64,000 nt of DNA from Mobula birostris (GCF_030028105.1 NW_027278555.1:62001-126000), one strand, 5' to 3'. Shown: positions 10,820 through 27,411, numbered from the stretch's first letter. Numbers and translations are program-made. The notes: a model not told the origin generated them from the letters alone.

Positions 10820-13800
10820 AGAACATAAGAAATAGGAGCAGGAGTAGGCCATCCGGCCCATTGAGCCTGCCCCGCCATTCAATAAGATCATCGCTGATCT
10901 GTCCGTAAACTCAGCTCCACCTTCCTGCCTTTTCCCCATAACCCTTAGTTCCCCTACTTTGTAAAAATCTATCTAACTGTATCTTAAATATATTTAGTGA
11001 AGAAGTCTCAACTGCTTCCCTGGGCAGAGAATTCCACAGATTCACCACTCTCTGGGAAAAACAGTTTCTCCTCATCTCCGTCCTAAATCTTCTCCCCTGA
11101 ATCTTGAGGCAATGTCCCCTAGTTCTAGTCTCACCTGCCAATGGAAACAACTTTCCTACTTCTATCTTATCTATCCCTTTCAAAATTTTGTATGTTTCCA
11201 TAAGATATCCTCTCATTCTTCTGAACTCCAGAGAGTATAGTCCCAGGCGATTCAATCTCTCCTTTCATCCCTGGGATCAACCTGGTGAACCTCCTCTGCA
11301 CTGCCTCCAAAGCCAGTATATCCTTCCTCAAGTATGGAGATCAGAACTGCACACAGTACTCCAGGAGCGGCCTCACCAGTACCCTGTACAGTTGCAGCAT
11401 GACCTCCCTGCTCTGGAATTCAATCCCTCTAGCAATGAAGGCCAACATTCCATTCACATTCTGAATAACCTGCTGTACCTGCAAGCCAACTTTTTGCGAT
11501 TCATGCACAAGCACTCCCAAGTCCTTCTGAACAACAGCATGCTGCAATCCTTCACCATTTAAATAATAATCTGCTCTTCTATTATTCCTTCCAAAGTGGA
11601 TGATCTTGCATTTACCGACATTGTATTCCGTCTGCCAGACCCTGGCCCACTCATTTAACCTATCTATATCCCTCTGCAGACTCTCCACATCCTCTGCACA
11701 ATTTGCGTTTCCACTCAGTTTAGTGTCATCAGCAAATTTTGCTACGCTACACTCAGTCCCCTCTTCCAAACCATCAGTGTAAATGGTAAACAGCTGCGGG
11801 CCCAGCACCGACCCCTGTGGCACCCCACTCACCACTGACCGCCAACTGGAGAAACACCCATTTATACCAACTCCCTGCCTTCTATAGGTTAACCAATCCA
11901 CTATCCATACCAATACACTTCCTCCATCTCCATGCATCTCATATCTTATTTATTAGTCTATTGTGCGGCACCTTATCAAACGCCTTCTGGAAATCCAAGT
12001 ATATGATATCCACCTGTTCCCCTCTATTCACTGCACTCATTACGTCCTCAAAGAACTCCAGTAAGTTTGTCAAACAGGACCTGCCCTTTCTGAATCCACG
12101 CTGCGTCTGTCTAATGGAACCACTCCTTTCTAAATGTTTCGCTATTTCTTCCTTAATGACAGCATCAAGCATTTTCCTGACTACAGATGTTAAGCTAGCT
12201 GGCCTATAGTTGCCCGTCAACATGAGGAAATCTGCAGATGCTGGAACTTCAAGCAACACACATAAAAGTTGCTGGTGAACGCAGCAGGCCAGGCAGCATC
12301 CACAGGAAGAGGTCCTCTTCCCATAGATGCTGCCCGGCCTGCTGCGTTCACCAGCAGTTATAGTTGCCTGTCTTTTGCTTACATCCTTTTTTAAAAAGTG
12401 GTGTGACATTTGCTGTCTTCCAATCTGCCAGGACCTGCCCAGAGTCTGGAGACTTTTGGTAAGTGATTACCATCACATCTACTATAACCTTCGCCAGTTC
12501 CTTCAGCACCCTGGGATGCATCCCATCAGGACCAGGGGACTCATCTACCTTCAGGCCCTCTTGTTTGCTCATCACTATCTCTTTAGTGACAATGATTTTA
12601 TCAAGGTCCTCACCTCCCATTTCGTCCATAACGTCATTCTTTGGCATATTAGATGTGTCCTCCACCGTGAAGACCAACACAAAATAGTCATTCAATGCCT
12701 CAGCCATTTCCTTATCACCCAATATCAATTTCCCCTTCTCGTCTTCCAAGGGACCTACGTCGACTTTAGCCATCCTCTTCCGCTTTATATATTTATAAAA
12801 ACTTTTGCTGATTTTATATTTTGTGCTAATTTATTTTCATACTCTACCTTCTCTTTCCTTATTTCTTGTTTAGTTGTTCTCCGTAGCTTTTTTTAAAAAA
12901 GTTTTCCCAATCCTCCAGTCTCCCACTAATCTTTGCGACTTTATACACAAGCTTTTAATTTGATACTATCTTTTATTTCCTTAGTTATCTAAGGCTGGCT
13001 ATCTCCACACTTACTGTCCTTACTTTTGACTGGAATATACTTTGAAAGTATAATCTCTTTGGAAGTATTCCACTGTTCCTCAACTGTCCTACCAAATAGC
13101 CTGTGCTCCCAATCCACATTAGCCAGCTCCTCCCTCATCCCATTGTCGTCTCCCTTGTTCAAGCAGAATACACTACTTTTAGATCTAACTGTTTCATCCT
13201 CCATCTGTATGCGAAATTCAATCATACTATGATCACTCTTTCTAAGAGGATCCCTGACTACAAGATATTTAATCTGACCTGTGTCATTACACAAGACTAG
13301 ATCTAAGATGGTATTTTCCCTTGTAGGTTCACTAACATGCTACTCAAGAAAGCCATCACGGATGCATTCTATGAAGTCCTCCCCAAGACTTCCTTGACCA
13401 ACCTGATTCAGGTTGAAGTGGAAGTTAAAATCCCCCATGACAACTGCCGTTCCGTTCTTACCAGCCCCAGTTATTTCTTGGTTAGTCGCCTCTGCCACTT
13501 CAATATTTTTATTAGGTGGCCTATAGACAACTCCCACCAGTGATTTTTTTCCTTTACTATTCCTAATCTCTACCCAGATAGACTCAACATTCTGCTCCGT
13601 AGATCTTGTATCGTCTCGCACAATCACCCTGATCTCATCTTTAATTAAGAGCGCCAATCCACCTCCTTTGCCTTCCTGCCCATCTTTCCATATTACCTGA
13701 TACCCTTGGATATTTAATTCCCAGTCATCTCCACCTTGCAACCAGGTTTCTGTAATGGCCACTAAATCATATGCCTTTGTACTGACCTGCGCCACAAGTT

Positions 13801-14330
13801 CACTAACTTTGTTTTTAATACTACGGGCATTTAGATAAAGTGCCCATATACTCATTGTCTTTTTAGAATCTAGTGACCTATGCAATTTTTGCTTTTTACT
13901 TTTATGCACTCTGCTCTTACCTTTTTCTTCACTAACTCTAGCTTTGGTCTCTGCATCGCTTCCCTCTTCTTTTCTGTGTGGGTTCCCATCCCCCTGCCAT
14001 ATTAGTTTAAAACCTCCCCAATAACACTAGAAAACAATCTCCCTGGGACATTGATCCCGGCCCTGCACAGATGTAGACCATCCGGACAGTACTGGTCCCA
14101 CCTCCCCCAAAAGTGATTCCAATGCCCCAAGAATCTGAAACCCTCCCTCCTGCACGACATATTCATTCTAGCTATCCTGCTATTCCAACTCTGGCTGGCA
14201 CGTGGTACCAGAAATAATGCTGAGATTATTACCTTTGAGGTCCTACTCTTTAATTTATCTTCTAGCTCCCTAAATTCAGCTTGCAGGACCTCATCCCGCT
14301 TTCTTCCTATATGGTCACCTGCCCTAACAT
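10820..14330 (-). mobile_element. CR1 LINE with near-complete but disrupted ORF2 and the 3' part of ORF1
   Basis: Endonuclease 13340-13909 (YLNARSIKNK, ITETWL, GDFN); RT 11341-12773 (GVPQGSVLGP, KFADDTK); ORF1 DGLHL near 14070; short tail repeat at 10820. Confidence 0.92.
12219..12358. mobile_element. Palindromic Penelope-pLTR-derived mini insertion with 14-bp target duplication
   Basis: 43-bp inverted arms 12270-12312 and 12314-12356 (4 mismatches); tatagttgccYgtc at 12205-12218 and 12359-12372. Confidence 0.8.
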
Positions 14331-14963
14331 GACCTACTTGCCTTACTCAATTTCTAAAATTAGTTTTAGTACTTTTACTCTATGGAATTAAATCAAACCA
14401 ATCACATTTCAAAATATCACTCTTCATTATTTGTGCTTGTGCCATTGAAATAAAACCTCAATCGTTCATTTGTTAATAGCTGCAAAATTGAAGTGTAATG
14501 ACTGAAAGAAATAATTTCTACAACGCATCAAGAAAATCCATGGAGTGACTGAGAGGAACCATATGACCAGCTCTGAGTGCAGCAAGACAGCTCCAGTGCT
14601 ATATTCAAGTTTGCTGATAACATCACTGTTGTAGGCTGAATCAAACATGATGGTGAATCAGCATATAGGAGGGAGGTTGAAAATCTGGTTGAGTGGTGCC
14701 ACAACAACCACTTAATATCAGCAAGACCATATCTCTACGCCCATGACTGTGGGGCTAGGCACAGCTCAAATGTCATTTGTGAATTTGTTGATGATACAGC
14801 CATTGTTGGCAGGATTCCAGCTGGTGACAAAGAGATCCATCAGCTGGCTGAGCGATGGCACAGCAACAATGCTGCACTCACTGCCAGGAAGACCAAAGAA
14901 CTGCTTGTGGAGCTCAGGAAGGGTAGGTCAAGAGAACACCCACCAGTTCTCACCGAGAGATCA

Positions 14964-16607
14964 GACTGTGCCCCATTCCAGCTCTGCTTCCCTCCCTGAT
15001 GAGCTCAATTACTTCTACGCTCGCTTTGACCAAGAGAACAAGGAGGTCACCCTCAAAGCGGATCTCCCACCTGGTGAACTGCCTCTCACTTTCCACCCTC
15101 TAAGTTTGCACCATCCTGAGCAGGGTGAATGTACGGAAGGCAGCTGGTCCGGATGGAATACCTGGCTGTGTGCTCAGAGTCTGTGCAGGGCAGTTGGCCA
15201 GGGTCTTCATGGACATTTTTAATCTGTCCCTGGCCCAGGCAGTTGTCCCCACAAGCTTCAAGATCGCCACCATCGTGCCAGTGCCGAAGCATTCCACTGC
15301 TGCGGGTCTGAATGACTTCTGTCCAGTTGCACTCACCCCCATCATTGCAAAGTGCTTTGAGAGACTGGTTCTATCACATCTGAAATCCTGTCTGCCCACT
15401 ACCCTGGACCCCCATCAATTTGCCTATCGCACCACCAGGTCAACAGAGGATGCCATCTCCACAGCACTTCACTCTGCCCTGACCCACCTGGATAGCCCCA
15501 ACTCTTACGTCAGAATGCTGTTCATTGACTTTAGTTCGGCATTCAATACTGTGATCCCCTCCAAGCTGATCGCCAAACTTTGCCAGCTTGGTATCAGCTC
15601 ATCCCTCTGCAATTGGACCTTGGGCTTTCTGACTAACAGACCCCAGTCAGTTAAGTTAGACAACCTCTCCTCCTCCACTCTCACCCTGAACACCAGGCGT
15701 GCCTCAAGGCTGTGTGCTGAGCCCTCTTCTGTACTCCCTTTTCACCTATGACTGCGTTCCTGTACATGGTTCTAACTCCATAATCAAGTTTGCAGACACC
15801 ATGGTGGTTGGCCTGATCAGAGGGGATGACGAGACGGCCTACAGGGATGAGGTCCAGCACCTGGCTGCGTGGTGTGCCGACAACAACCTGGCCCTTAACA
15901 CCCAGAAGACCAAGGAGATCACTGTGGACTTCAGGCATGCTAGGAACCACACTCATGTCCCCATCTACATCAACGGAGCTGTAGGATCTCACCTGGTCCC
16001 TGAACTCCTCCATCCTGATCAAAAAGGAGCAATAGCGCCATTATTTCCTGTGGAGCACCAAGAAAGCTCACCTCTGTCCCAGGATACTGATGGACTTTTA
16101 CCGCTGTACCATTGAGAGCACACTCACCAACTGCATCTCAGTGTGGTATGGCAATTGTCCAGTTTCGGACCACAAAGCACTCCAGCGTGTGGTGAAAACT
16201 GCCAGCGGATTATCGGCACCCAATTGCCCACCATTGCGAGCATCTACCATAAACGCTGCCTGGGCAGGGCAAAAAGCATTATCAGGGATGCATCTCACTC
16301 TAACCATGGACTTTTTAACTCTCCTCCCATCCAGTAGGCGCTACAGGAGCCTCCGCTCCCGCACCAGCAGGCACAGGAAGAGCTTCTTCCCTGAGGTTGT
16401 GACCCTGCTGAACCTCACATCACAGTGCTAAGCAGTATTGCACCCATATTGTAGTGTTTCTGTACTTTTATATTTGTGTGCTGTAGACTTTTTATTCACA
16501 GTTATTTTGTAAATAACACTATTCTTTGCATTCCTGGTCAGATGCTAACTGCATTTCATTGGCTTTGTATCTGTACTTGGCACAATGACAATAAAGTTGA
16601 ATCTAAT
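14964..16607 (+). mobile_element. Rex1/Babar-type LINE, 5'-truncated, relatively young
   Basis: ORFs 15125-15751 (RT: [19 protein letters not shown]), 15699-16115 ([10 protein letters not shown]) and 16090-16431; 3' tail aataaagttgaatctaatc. Confidence 0.92.
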
Positions 16608-16834
16608 CAGAAGTGAAAAGGGTGTGCAATTTCAAGTTCCTAGGTGTCAACGTCTCTGAAGATTGTACACAGGAACAGAATGGGTACAGGGAGGATCGAC
16701 AGGGTCATGGCCCAGGGAACCGGAAGGTGGTGTGGGGAGAACGTTTCTTTTTTTGGAAAATCTAGAACCGGGTTTCACTATGTAACAGGGTCACATTCTT
16801 GTCTCTCCAGTCCCTTACTCTTCCTCCTCCCTCG

Positions 16835-17830
16835 CCCTCCACTCCCAACTACACCTCCAACTCCCTCACCCTCCACTACCTCCTCCTGCCGCTCCCCTCC
16901 ACTCCCAACTACTCCTCCTCTCTCACCCTCCACTACCTCCTCCTGCCGCTCCCCTCCACTCCCAACTACTCCTCCTCTCTCACCCTCCACTACCTCCTCC
17001 TGCCGCTCCCCTCCACTCCCAACTACACCTCCAACTCCCTCACCCTCCACTCCCAACTACTCCTCCTCTCTCACCCTCCACTACCTCCTCCTGCCGCTCC
17101 CCTCCACTCCCAACTACTCCTCCTCTCTCACCCTCCACTACCTCCTCCTGCCGCTCCCCTCCACTCCCAACTACTCCTCCTCTCTCACCCTCCACTACCT
17201 CCTCCTGCCGCTCCCCTCCACTCCCAACTACTCCTCCTCTCTCACCCTCCACTACCTCCTCCTGCCGCTCCCCTCCACTCCCAACTACACCTCCAACTCC
17301 CTCACCCTCCACTCCCAACTACTCCTCCTCTCTCACCCTCCACTACCTCCTCCTGCCGCTCCCCTCCACTCCCAACTACTCCTCCTCTCTCACCCTCCAC
17401 TACCTCCTCCTGCCGCTCCCCTCCACTCCCAACTACTCCTCCTCTCTCACCCTCCACTACCTCCTCCTGCCGCTCCCCTCCACTCCCAACTACTCCTCCT
17501 CTCTCACCCTCCACTACCTCCTCCTGCCGCTCCCCTGCACTCCCAACTACTCCTCCTCTCTCACCCTCCACTACCTCCTCCTGCCGCTCCCCTCCACTCC
17601 CAACTACTCCTCCTCTCTCACCCTCCACTACCTCCTCCTGCCGCTCCCCTCCACTCCCAACTACTCCTCCTCTCTCACCCTCCACTACCTCCTCCTGCCG
17701 CTCCCCTCCACTCCCAACTACTCCTCCTCTCTCACCCTCCACTACCTCCTCCTGCCGCTCCCCTCCACTCCCAACTACACTTCCTCCCTCACTCTCTACC
17801 ACCTACACCTCCTCCCTCACCCTCCACTAC
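16835..17830. repeat. C-rich minisatellite, 57-bp unit, ~17 copies with interspersed short variants
   Basis: Unit cctccactcccaactactcctcctctctcaccctccactacctcctcctgccgctcc; 19-aa periodicity in the ORF track. Confidence 0.97.
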
Positions 17831-17879
17831 CTGCTCCCCTCCTCCTCCATCCATTTCTCCGCACCCCTCTCCCTCCCTC

Positions 17880-18650
17880 ACTCACCTCCGCCTCCGCCTC
17901 CGCCTCCGAGGACTGCGTTCCGGGCGCGGTTCCGGCCCTCCCCCCCGGCGGAGTCTCGGTCACATGGGCACCGGTAGGCGGGGCCAGCCGGAGGACCGCG
18001 CGGGGGAGCCGGGGACATTGGGAGGACCATACCGGGGCAGCGCGAAACCCGGGGACGACCGACACTGAGGGCGGACGGTCAAGTGGCGCTTCTCGGGAAA
18101 TCGGACGAACTCGGATCGCTGGCGAAAGCGAAGGGCCCGAGTTCGAGGGCGCCAGCTACAGATTCGGACATGACATCCTAGGCGTTGCAGAACTGATTTA
18201 AAGGACCGATTGCACCCTGGGATACTGGAGGACTAATTGTGGGAGGACCACAACTTCCTTGTTCCGAGTCCTGGTGGTGCCGGCGTCCGACCATGAGCAA
18301 GCCTAGCCTGGCGGTGTTCGACCTGGGTGAGTGCGTGGCCGCGGGAAGGAGCAGGCGGCAGGTTTCCCGTTATCTGCCGTTGGTGGTGGGGTGGGGGTCC
18401 CGCTTGCCTGTGCCAGCCCGGCGGGCGGGAAGAGGTCGGGGTTGTGGGCCAGTGACTGCCGCGGATCTGGTGAGCGGTCCCAGTGGTGGCGAGGGCGAGG
18501 GAGCGGATGAGTTTACCCCGCGTGGGGTTGAGACTGTTTGACCCAGGACGAGCCTGTTAACGCTCCCGAATGGAGCCTTGAGTCCGCCTCCAGCCTGATC
18601 TCGCCCGAGGTCGCTGCTACTGTCGCCTCGTGCAACCCAAAACCGTGGAA
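17880..18650. promoter_or_regulatory. CpG island, probably a bidirectional promoter at the MDP1 5' end
   Basis: CpG-dense, non-repetitive stretch spanning the MDP1 ATG; strong - strand donor GAG|GTGAGT at 17886/17885; GC box and GTCACATG E-box. Confidence 0.7.
18293..18326 (+). CDS. MDP1: Magnesium-dependent phosphatase 1, coding exon 1
   Basis: MSKPSLAVFDL+G then GTGAGT donor; HAD motif I DxDxT is completed across the intron. Confidence 0.93.
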
Positions 18651-18744
18651 ATCCTGGTCTCAGCAGAGGGGGTTCTTCATTCCTCTCTGCAACCCAAAGC
18701 AGACCAGTCCTGGTCTCGCCCTTTCTTCAAATCAGTAACTCAGA

Positions 18745-19215
18745 CCATAGAATAGTATAGCACAGGAACCAGCTAAAAATAAATTTTAAAAACCCCCCAA
18801 GCCCATCCCTCCACCTTCCTCCCATTCACGAGTCTATCTAACCTTCTCCTAAAAGCCCCTATTGTATTCGCCTGTACCACTATACCAGGCATCCAGCACT
18901 CTGAGTAAAAAGTTTACCCCTCAAATCCCCATCGAACCTTTCCCCTCTCACCATCAATCCATGCCCTCTGGTATCAGACATCTCAACCCTGGGAATCGGA
19001 TGCTCTCTGTCCACTCTATCTATGCCTCTCATAATCTTGTAAACCTCTGTCAGATCTCCCCTCAGCCTCCGCCACCCCAGAGAAAACAACCCAAGTTTAA
19101 CCAGCCTCTCGTGATCGCACATGCCCTCGAAACCAGGCAGCATCCTGGTAAATCTCTTCTGCACCCTCTCCAAAGCCTCAACACCCTTCCTGTAGTGGGG
19201 TGACCAGAACAGTAA
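18745..19215 (-). mobile_element. CR1 3' fragment in MDP1 intron 1
   Basis: ORF 18880-19296 contains LERVQKRFTRMLPG and RRLRGDLTEVYKI. Confidence 0.85.
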
Positions 19216-19429
19216 CTTGTCTTTCTCCCCCCCCCCCCGCAGTTGTAATAAAGGATTCAGTTTGATATATTTACTCTGTTTCTCCTCTACAGACACTGCT
19301 AGACCTCCTGAGCATCTACAGCTTTGTTAGATAAATTTAAAAAAATGCTTCTGTGGAGCAGTTTTTAAGATCATGGGGCTTGAGTGTAGCCACCTGTGAT
19401 TGTAGAAGAGGGTCTAGCACAGGCAGTGA

Positions 19430-19747
<318 letters not shown>

Positions 19748-20259
19748 TAGTCCTCGAACCACCCAATGAATGTTAGTCCATCCACCCCTCGCTCAAATCA
19801 GTAGATACAGTTCATCCTCGTACGTCTCCCTCCTCCAACACACACCCTCTCCACATTCTTCCCCCTCACTGCACTCTTTCTCCAACTTCTAATACTATCG
19901 CACACCCCCCTCGTTGCACGCACTCTCCCTCCATCCCCATCTTCTCCCCGACTCTACTTTCTCCCCCTTCACCAACACACCTTTCCTCCACCCCTCCCTG
20001 TCCCTACTCTCTCTCACTGTACACTTCATTACACACCCTTCATCCACTTCCTGCCTTCTCCAACCACACATCGTCCTCCCCCTCTTCCTTCATCCTCGTC
20101 CTTGTGTCCCCATCCTCTCTTCCTTCATCCCCGTCCTTCTGTCCCCACCACTCTTCCCCAGCCCTCTCCCTCTTCCACAATCCAAACCCCGATCGGCTCT
20201 CTCTCCCATCTTGCTGCCCCTTCCCTCATTCTAACTCTGCTCTCCCGCCGCCTCCCCAG

Positions 20260-23226
<2,967 letters not shown>

Positions 23227-23470
23227 CCGAGCATGGTCTCATTCTTTATGCTTTACCCCCTCTCAACCCACATCCTCCCTCTAACCCTTCCCTGCTCTCT
23301 CCTCCACCCCTCCAATCCCACATCCTGTCTAACCCCTCGCTGTCCTCTCTCCCCAATCTACTCCCCCACCCCCAATGGTCACTGATCTCCACAACCTCCT
23401 TCCCTGCTCTTTTCCCCCTACCATCCCACTCCCCTAACCTCTTACCCCTCCCTCCCCCCCCCCCCACCAG

Positions 23471-23556
23471 AATCAGAGAGGGGACAGGCCTGTCGTACGA
23501 CCAGATGATCTTCTTCGACGATGAGCACCGGAACATTGTGGAGGTCGGCAAGTTAG
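23471..23556 (+). CDS. MDP1: MDP1 coding exon 5
   Basis: cag|IREGTGLSYDQMIFFDDEHRNIVEVGKL|gtaagg; HAD motif IV FFDD. Confidence 0.94.
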
Positions 23557-23785
23557 GTAAGGGTGCTGGACGTCCACTTCTGAGCCCCCCCGCCTGCTCT
23601 CCCCACCAGTGGGGATTAAATAGGAGGGCAGTGCTGCCAACCTCCCTGCTCAGTCCTTCGTCCGCTCTTGCTTAGAATCACCCCTCGGCAATCAATGCTG
23701 CCCCCCGCCCCCCAACGTCCGCCCAGCCTGACGCCCCCACTCCTGTTTGACTCGGCTCCAGAATCACTCGCTCTCTCCCCTGCAG

Positions 23786-23895
23786 GAGTTCTCTGCGTCC
23801 CGGTCAGCAAGGGGATGTCACTGAAGCTGCTGCAGAAAGGGCTGGTGGAATTCGCTCGGCGATCGGGAGCAGGCGGCGGGGCGCTGGAGCAGTGA
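23786..23895 (+). CDS. MDP1: MDP1 coding exon 6 (to stop)
   Basis: cag|(G)VLCVPVSKGMSLKLLQKGLVEFARRSGAGGGALEQ*; exons sum to 510 nt = 169 aa plus stop. Confidence 0.92.
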
Positions 23896-24199
23896 CAGGG
23901 GCCCCCGCCTGCAGAGTTGCTCCCCTCCGCCCGGGACCAGCGTGATAGCGAGCCTCTGCCAACCGACAGAGAGGGCGACCAGACTTCCCACCAGTTTGCA
24001 ACGTGGTGATCGAAACCAGGGGACAGTGAGAAGGCCACTCATCCCCTTCGTGCCAGACTTGCCCACTGCCTGCAGCCGGATCTCCCCCTACCCCAGGTTC
24101 TGTGCGCCACCCTCGGGACCCAGTCTGGAGAAATGCAGGAGGGGTGGAGCTGTACTGCAGTTGGCATGGTGCTTTCACAGGGTTAAGTCAATGCTGGAG

Positions 24200-24398
24200 G
24201 TGCAGGTCACCGTGGTAACGAAGCAGATCGCACGATGCCATTACAGCTCAGTTCAGGTGCGTGGGTTTCCTCTCACAGCCCAAAGGCGTACCGGTTAGTA
24301 GGTTAATTGGTCATTGTAAATGGTCCTGTGATTAGGCTAGGGTTAAATTGGTGGGCCAGAAGGGCCCACTCCCCACTGTATCTCAAAATAGATAAAGA
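24200..24398 (+). mobile_element. V-SINE-like element (related copies near 3685-3810, 39290-39495, 46360-46600 and 61570-61760)
   Basis: Shared core gtgggtttcc...ccaaagg and ggttaattggtcattgtaaa with an A-rich tail. Confidence 0.65.
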
Positions 24399-25619
24399 CT
24401 AGAAACCTCTCCTTGCAAACCCAGGGGTCATCCCAGTGAACCTTCTCTGCCTCTCCTCTGTCCCCCGTCCCCCCCACCCCAAAAGGACCGTCACAGAAAG
24501 CTCCTGGTGCCTGGTGCTGAGACAGGAGCGACTCTGGGGTGGGCAGTGGGGGTCACGGAGAACGTGCGACTCCGCACACCGACAGAGGTCGAGTTCAAGC
24601 TGAAGTCCCGGTCCTCGAAAGTCCCAAGCCTGGGTTTCCTCTGGGTGTTCCTGTTCCTTTCCACCTTCCAAAGGCACGCTGATTAATTTCACAAGGGTGT
24701 AATTGGTTGTTGGGCTGACGGGCCTATTTCTGTCTTATAAATAAATCAATCAAAATAAACAAACTTGGGTTGTTTTCTCTGGGGTGGGAAAGGCTGAGGG
24801 GAGACGTACTCGAGTTTATGAGTAATGGAGATAGAGTGGATAGCTGGTATCTTTTATCTTTCTCCTAGGGGCAAGGGAAATCGGGGGAGGGGGCAGAATG
24901 TTTAAAGGAGATGTTCGGGGCAAATTTTCTTGTACACAAGTCTGGTGGGTGCCTGGAATGTAATGTGGAATGGAACGATTGGTATTAGAGGAAAGCACGG
25001 CATATTGGGGACAGGGTTCGGGCCAGTGCATCTACATGAAACATTACCATCATCAGAGATCCCCAGCACCCAGGCCCTGCTCTTTTCTTGCTGCTGCCAT
25101 CAGATAGACAGCACAACAGCTTCAGGCTTTGCAACACCAGGTTCAACAACAGTTATGACCCCTCATATCAGGCTCTTGAATAAAAGGGGATAACTACACT
25201 CGTTTGCCCATCATTGAAATGTTCCTACTACCAACGATCTTACTTTAATGACTATCTTGTTATTTCATGTTTGTTACATTGCTATTTACTTCCATTTGCA
25301 TTGGCACAGTTTGCTGTCTTCTGCGCTCTGTCTGATCTTTCAGTTGTCCTGTCATCGTTACTATTCTATAGATTTGCTGGATATCAATGCGCTCTGAACT
25401 TTGCAGTAGACCACAGCACAGAGGAACCTGCCCCTCACTCCTGTTTCCACTGGAGCTCAGAAAGGACTGAGTAAAGCGAAGTATTGTGTCAGCCAGTGAT
25501 AGATGCTTGAAGAAAAGCCCTTCAAGCCCAACTCATCCATGCCAACCATGGTGCCTGCAGAGGTCCCCACCCCTCCAAACCTTTCCTGGCTGTGTATGGA
25601 GCAAACAGGCCTCACACAA

Positions 25620-26130
25620 GTACAAAGAGCAAGAAAGTTTTTAATTACAATGGGGGGGGGGGGGGGGGAGAAACATTTCTACAAATGAACTGGAGACGCA
25701 GACTCCAATGAGGAGGAGATAAAGCGAACAACGTAATTATATTCCCCAAGACAAAATGAATCATGAAAACCAAACAGCACCCATCCCGACAGATCTGTGC
25801 AAACAATTCCCAGCGGAGGGAGGGAGCGGGATGGGAGGGGTGGAACAGCAGCAATACAAACATGATAAATATGATTGATGAGCTGTGCCCACAAAGTGAC
25901 ACTCAGCTGTACAAAAAAAACCCAAAACAAATCCCCATTTACAATTCATATAAAATCTCATATCCCTCATCTAATAATTATTTATAATGTTACATATTTT
26001 ACAAGGTGCAGAGAAAGAGAAAAAGAGCGAGAGCTAAGAGAGAGAGAGAGAGAGAAAGTTTCTGCTCTTCGAGGTCCTTGGTCCCTGGCTCTTTAGTGCA
26101 ATGCCCAGCTCTGGCCTGGTGACCTGGAAT
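25620..26130 (-). other. TM9SF1: Probable terminal 3' UTR exon of TM9SF1
   Basis: Acceptor gtctgtctgtcttgcag| at 26131/26130; unique U/AU-rich sequence; ATTAAA at 25645-25640 followed by a GU/U-rich tract; candidate donor CAG|GTAACC at 34800/34799. Confidence 0.6.
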
Positions 26131-27411
26131 CTGCAAGACAGACAGACCGCTGAAACAGACTGGTACAGCACAGGAAAGTACAATTATAACAGACCAAACA
26201 AATCCCATCTGGCCGCACACAGTATGTATCCCTCATTCCCCGCCTGATCAATGCCTCTGGGAGGAGTTTGGAAAGTTAGTTGGGGGCGAAGAGTTTAGAA
26301 GGGGTGTGTGTGTTACCTCACTGACACCTACTAACTACTGAAAGGCCTACACAGTTGTCCCAGTGAAAACTGAGGGGGACGGAGATTTCTGGGGAGCCTG
26401 CCCACTGAGAGTCTGGAATTGAGGGCATAGCCTGAGTAAGGGTTCCCTTTCGAATAGAAGTGGTGAGGAATTTCTCCAGCTTGAGGGTGGTGGAATATAT
26501 GGAATTCATTGCCACAGGAGACAAGTCACTGGGTATATTTAAGACAGAGCATAATAAGTTTTGGACAAGGCCAATGTTTAGGTTTATGGGAAGATGGTGG
26601 GAGAACGAGGTTGAGAAAGAAATTCAGCAATGATTGAGTGGCAGAACAGACTTAATGGACAAATGGCAAATTCTGCTCCCATGTCTTACACAGTTGACCC
26701 TTTGGCCAACTGGTCCAAACTGAGCTGGTCCCATTTGCCTGTGTATGTCCCCCATCCCTCTAAACCCTCCCTATTCACTGTACCTATCCAAATATCTTTT
26801 AAATGTAGTAAATGAATCTGACTCAATCACTTTTTCTGGCAGCAAGTTCCATATACAGACCACCCACCAGGTAAAGATGTTGCCCCCCGCCCCCAAGGTT
26901 CCTATTAAATCTCTCCCCTCTCAGCATAAGTCTGCATGTGCGTGTTCTTGGTTCCTCAATCCTGGGAAAGCATATCTGTGTACAGACCTTACACCTCTGT
27001 CACTTCCAAACCAACACAACCCCTCTATCAATCAGACTCTCATGCCCTGGCAACATCCTCATAAATCTCTCCTGCACCCTTTCCAGGCTTGTGGCATCTT
27101 TCTCACAGCAGAGTAACCAGAACTCAACACAATATTCCAAATGGGAAGTGAGGGAGTGGGGGAGGAGGATTGGTGGAGGGGCAGGTAGTGATGAAGAAGT
27201 GGGGATTCTATGTAGGTATTTGGACAGATTAGAAGGGGCAAAAGAAAAGCAGTGTGGGGAAGTGTATGGTCATGCACCTTGGTAGAAGGAGTAAAGGCAG
27301 AGAAAATGGGGACCAAATCCAGAAACTGGAGATGGAAAGGGACTTGGGAGTCCTAGTGCAGGATTCCCTAAAGGTTAACTTGTAGGTTGACATGGTGATT
27401 GGGGAAACACA

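Noticed and set aside
16644-18068. Pro/Ser/Thr-rich mucin- or extensin-like ORFs
   Set aside because: Products of the 57-bp C-rich minisatellite, open in several frames on both strands
24740-24759. AATAAA hexamers as the MDP1 poly(A) signal
   Set aside because: They sit in a SINE-like A-rich tail, so they are plausible but not supportable without transcript data
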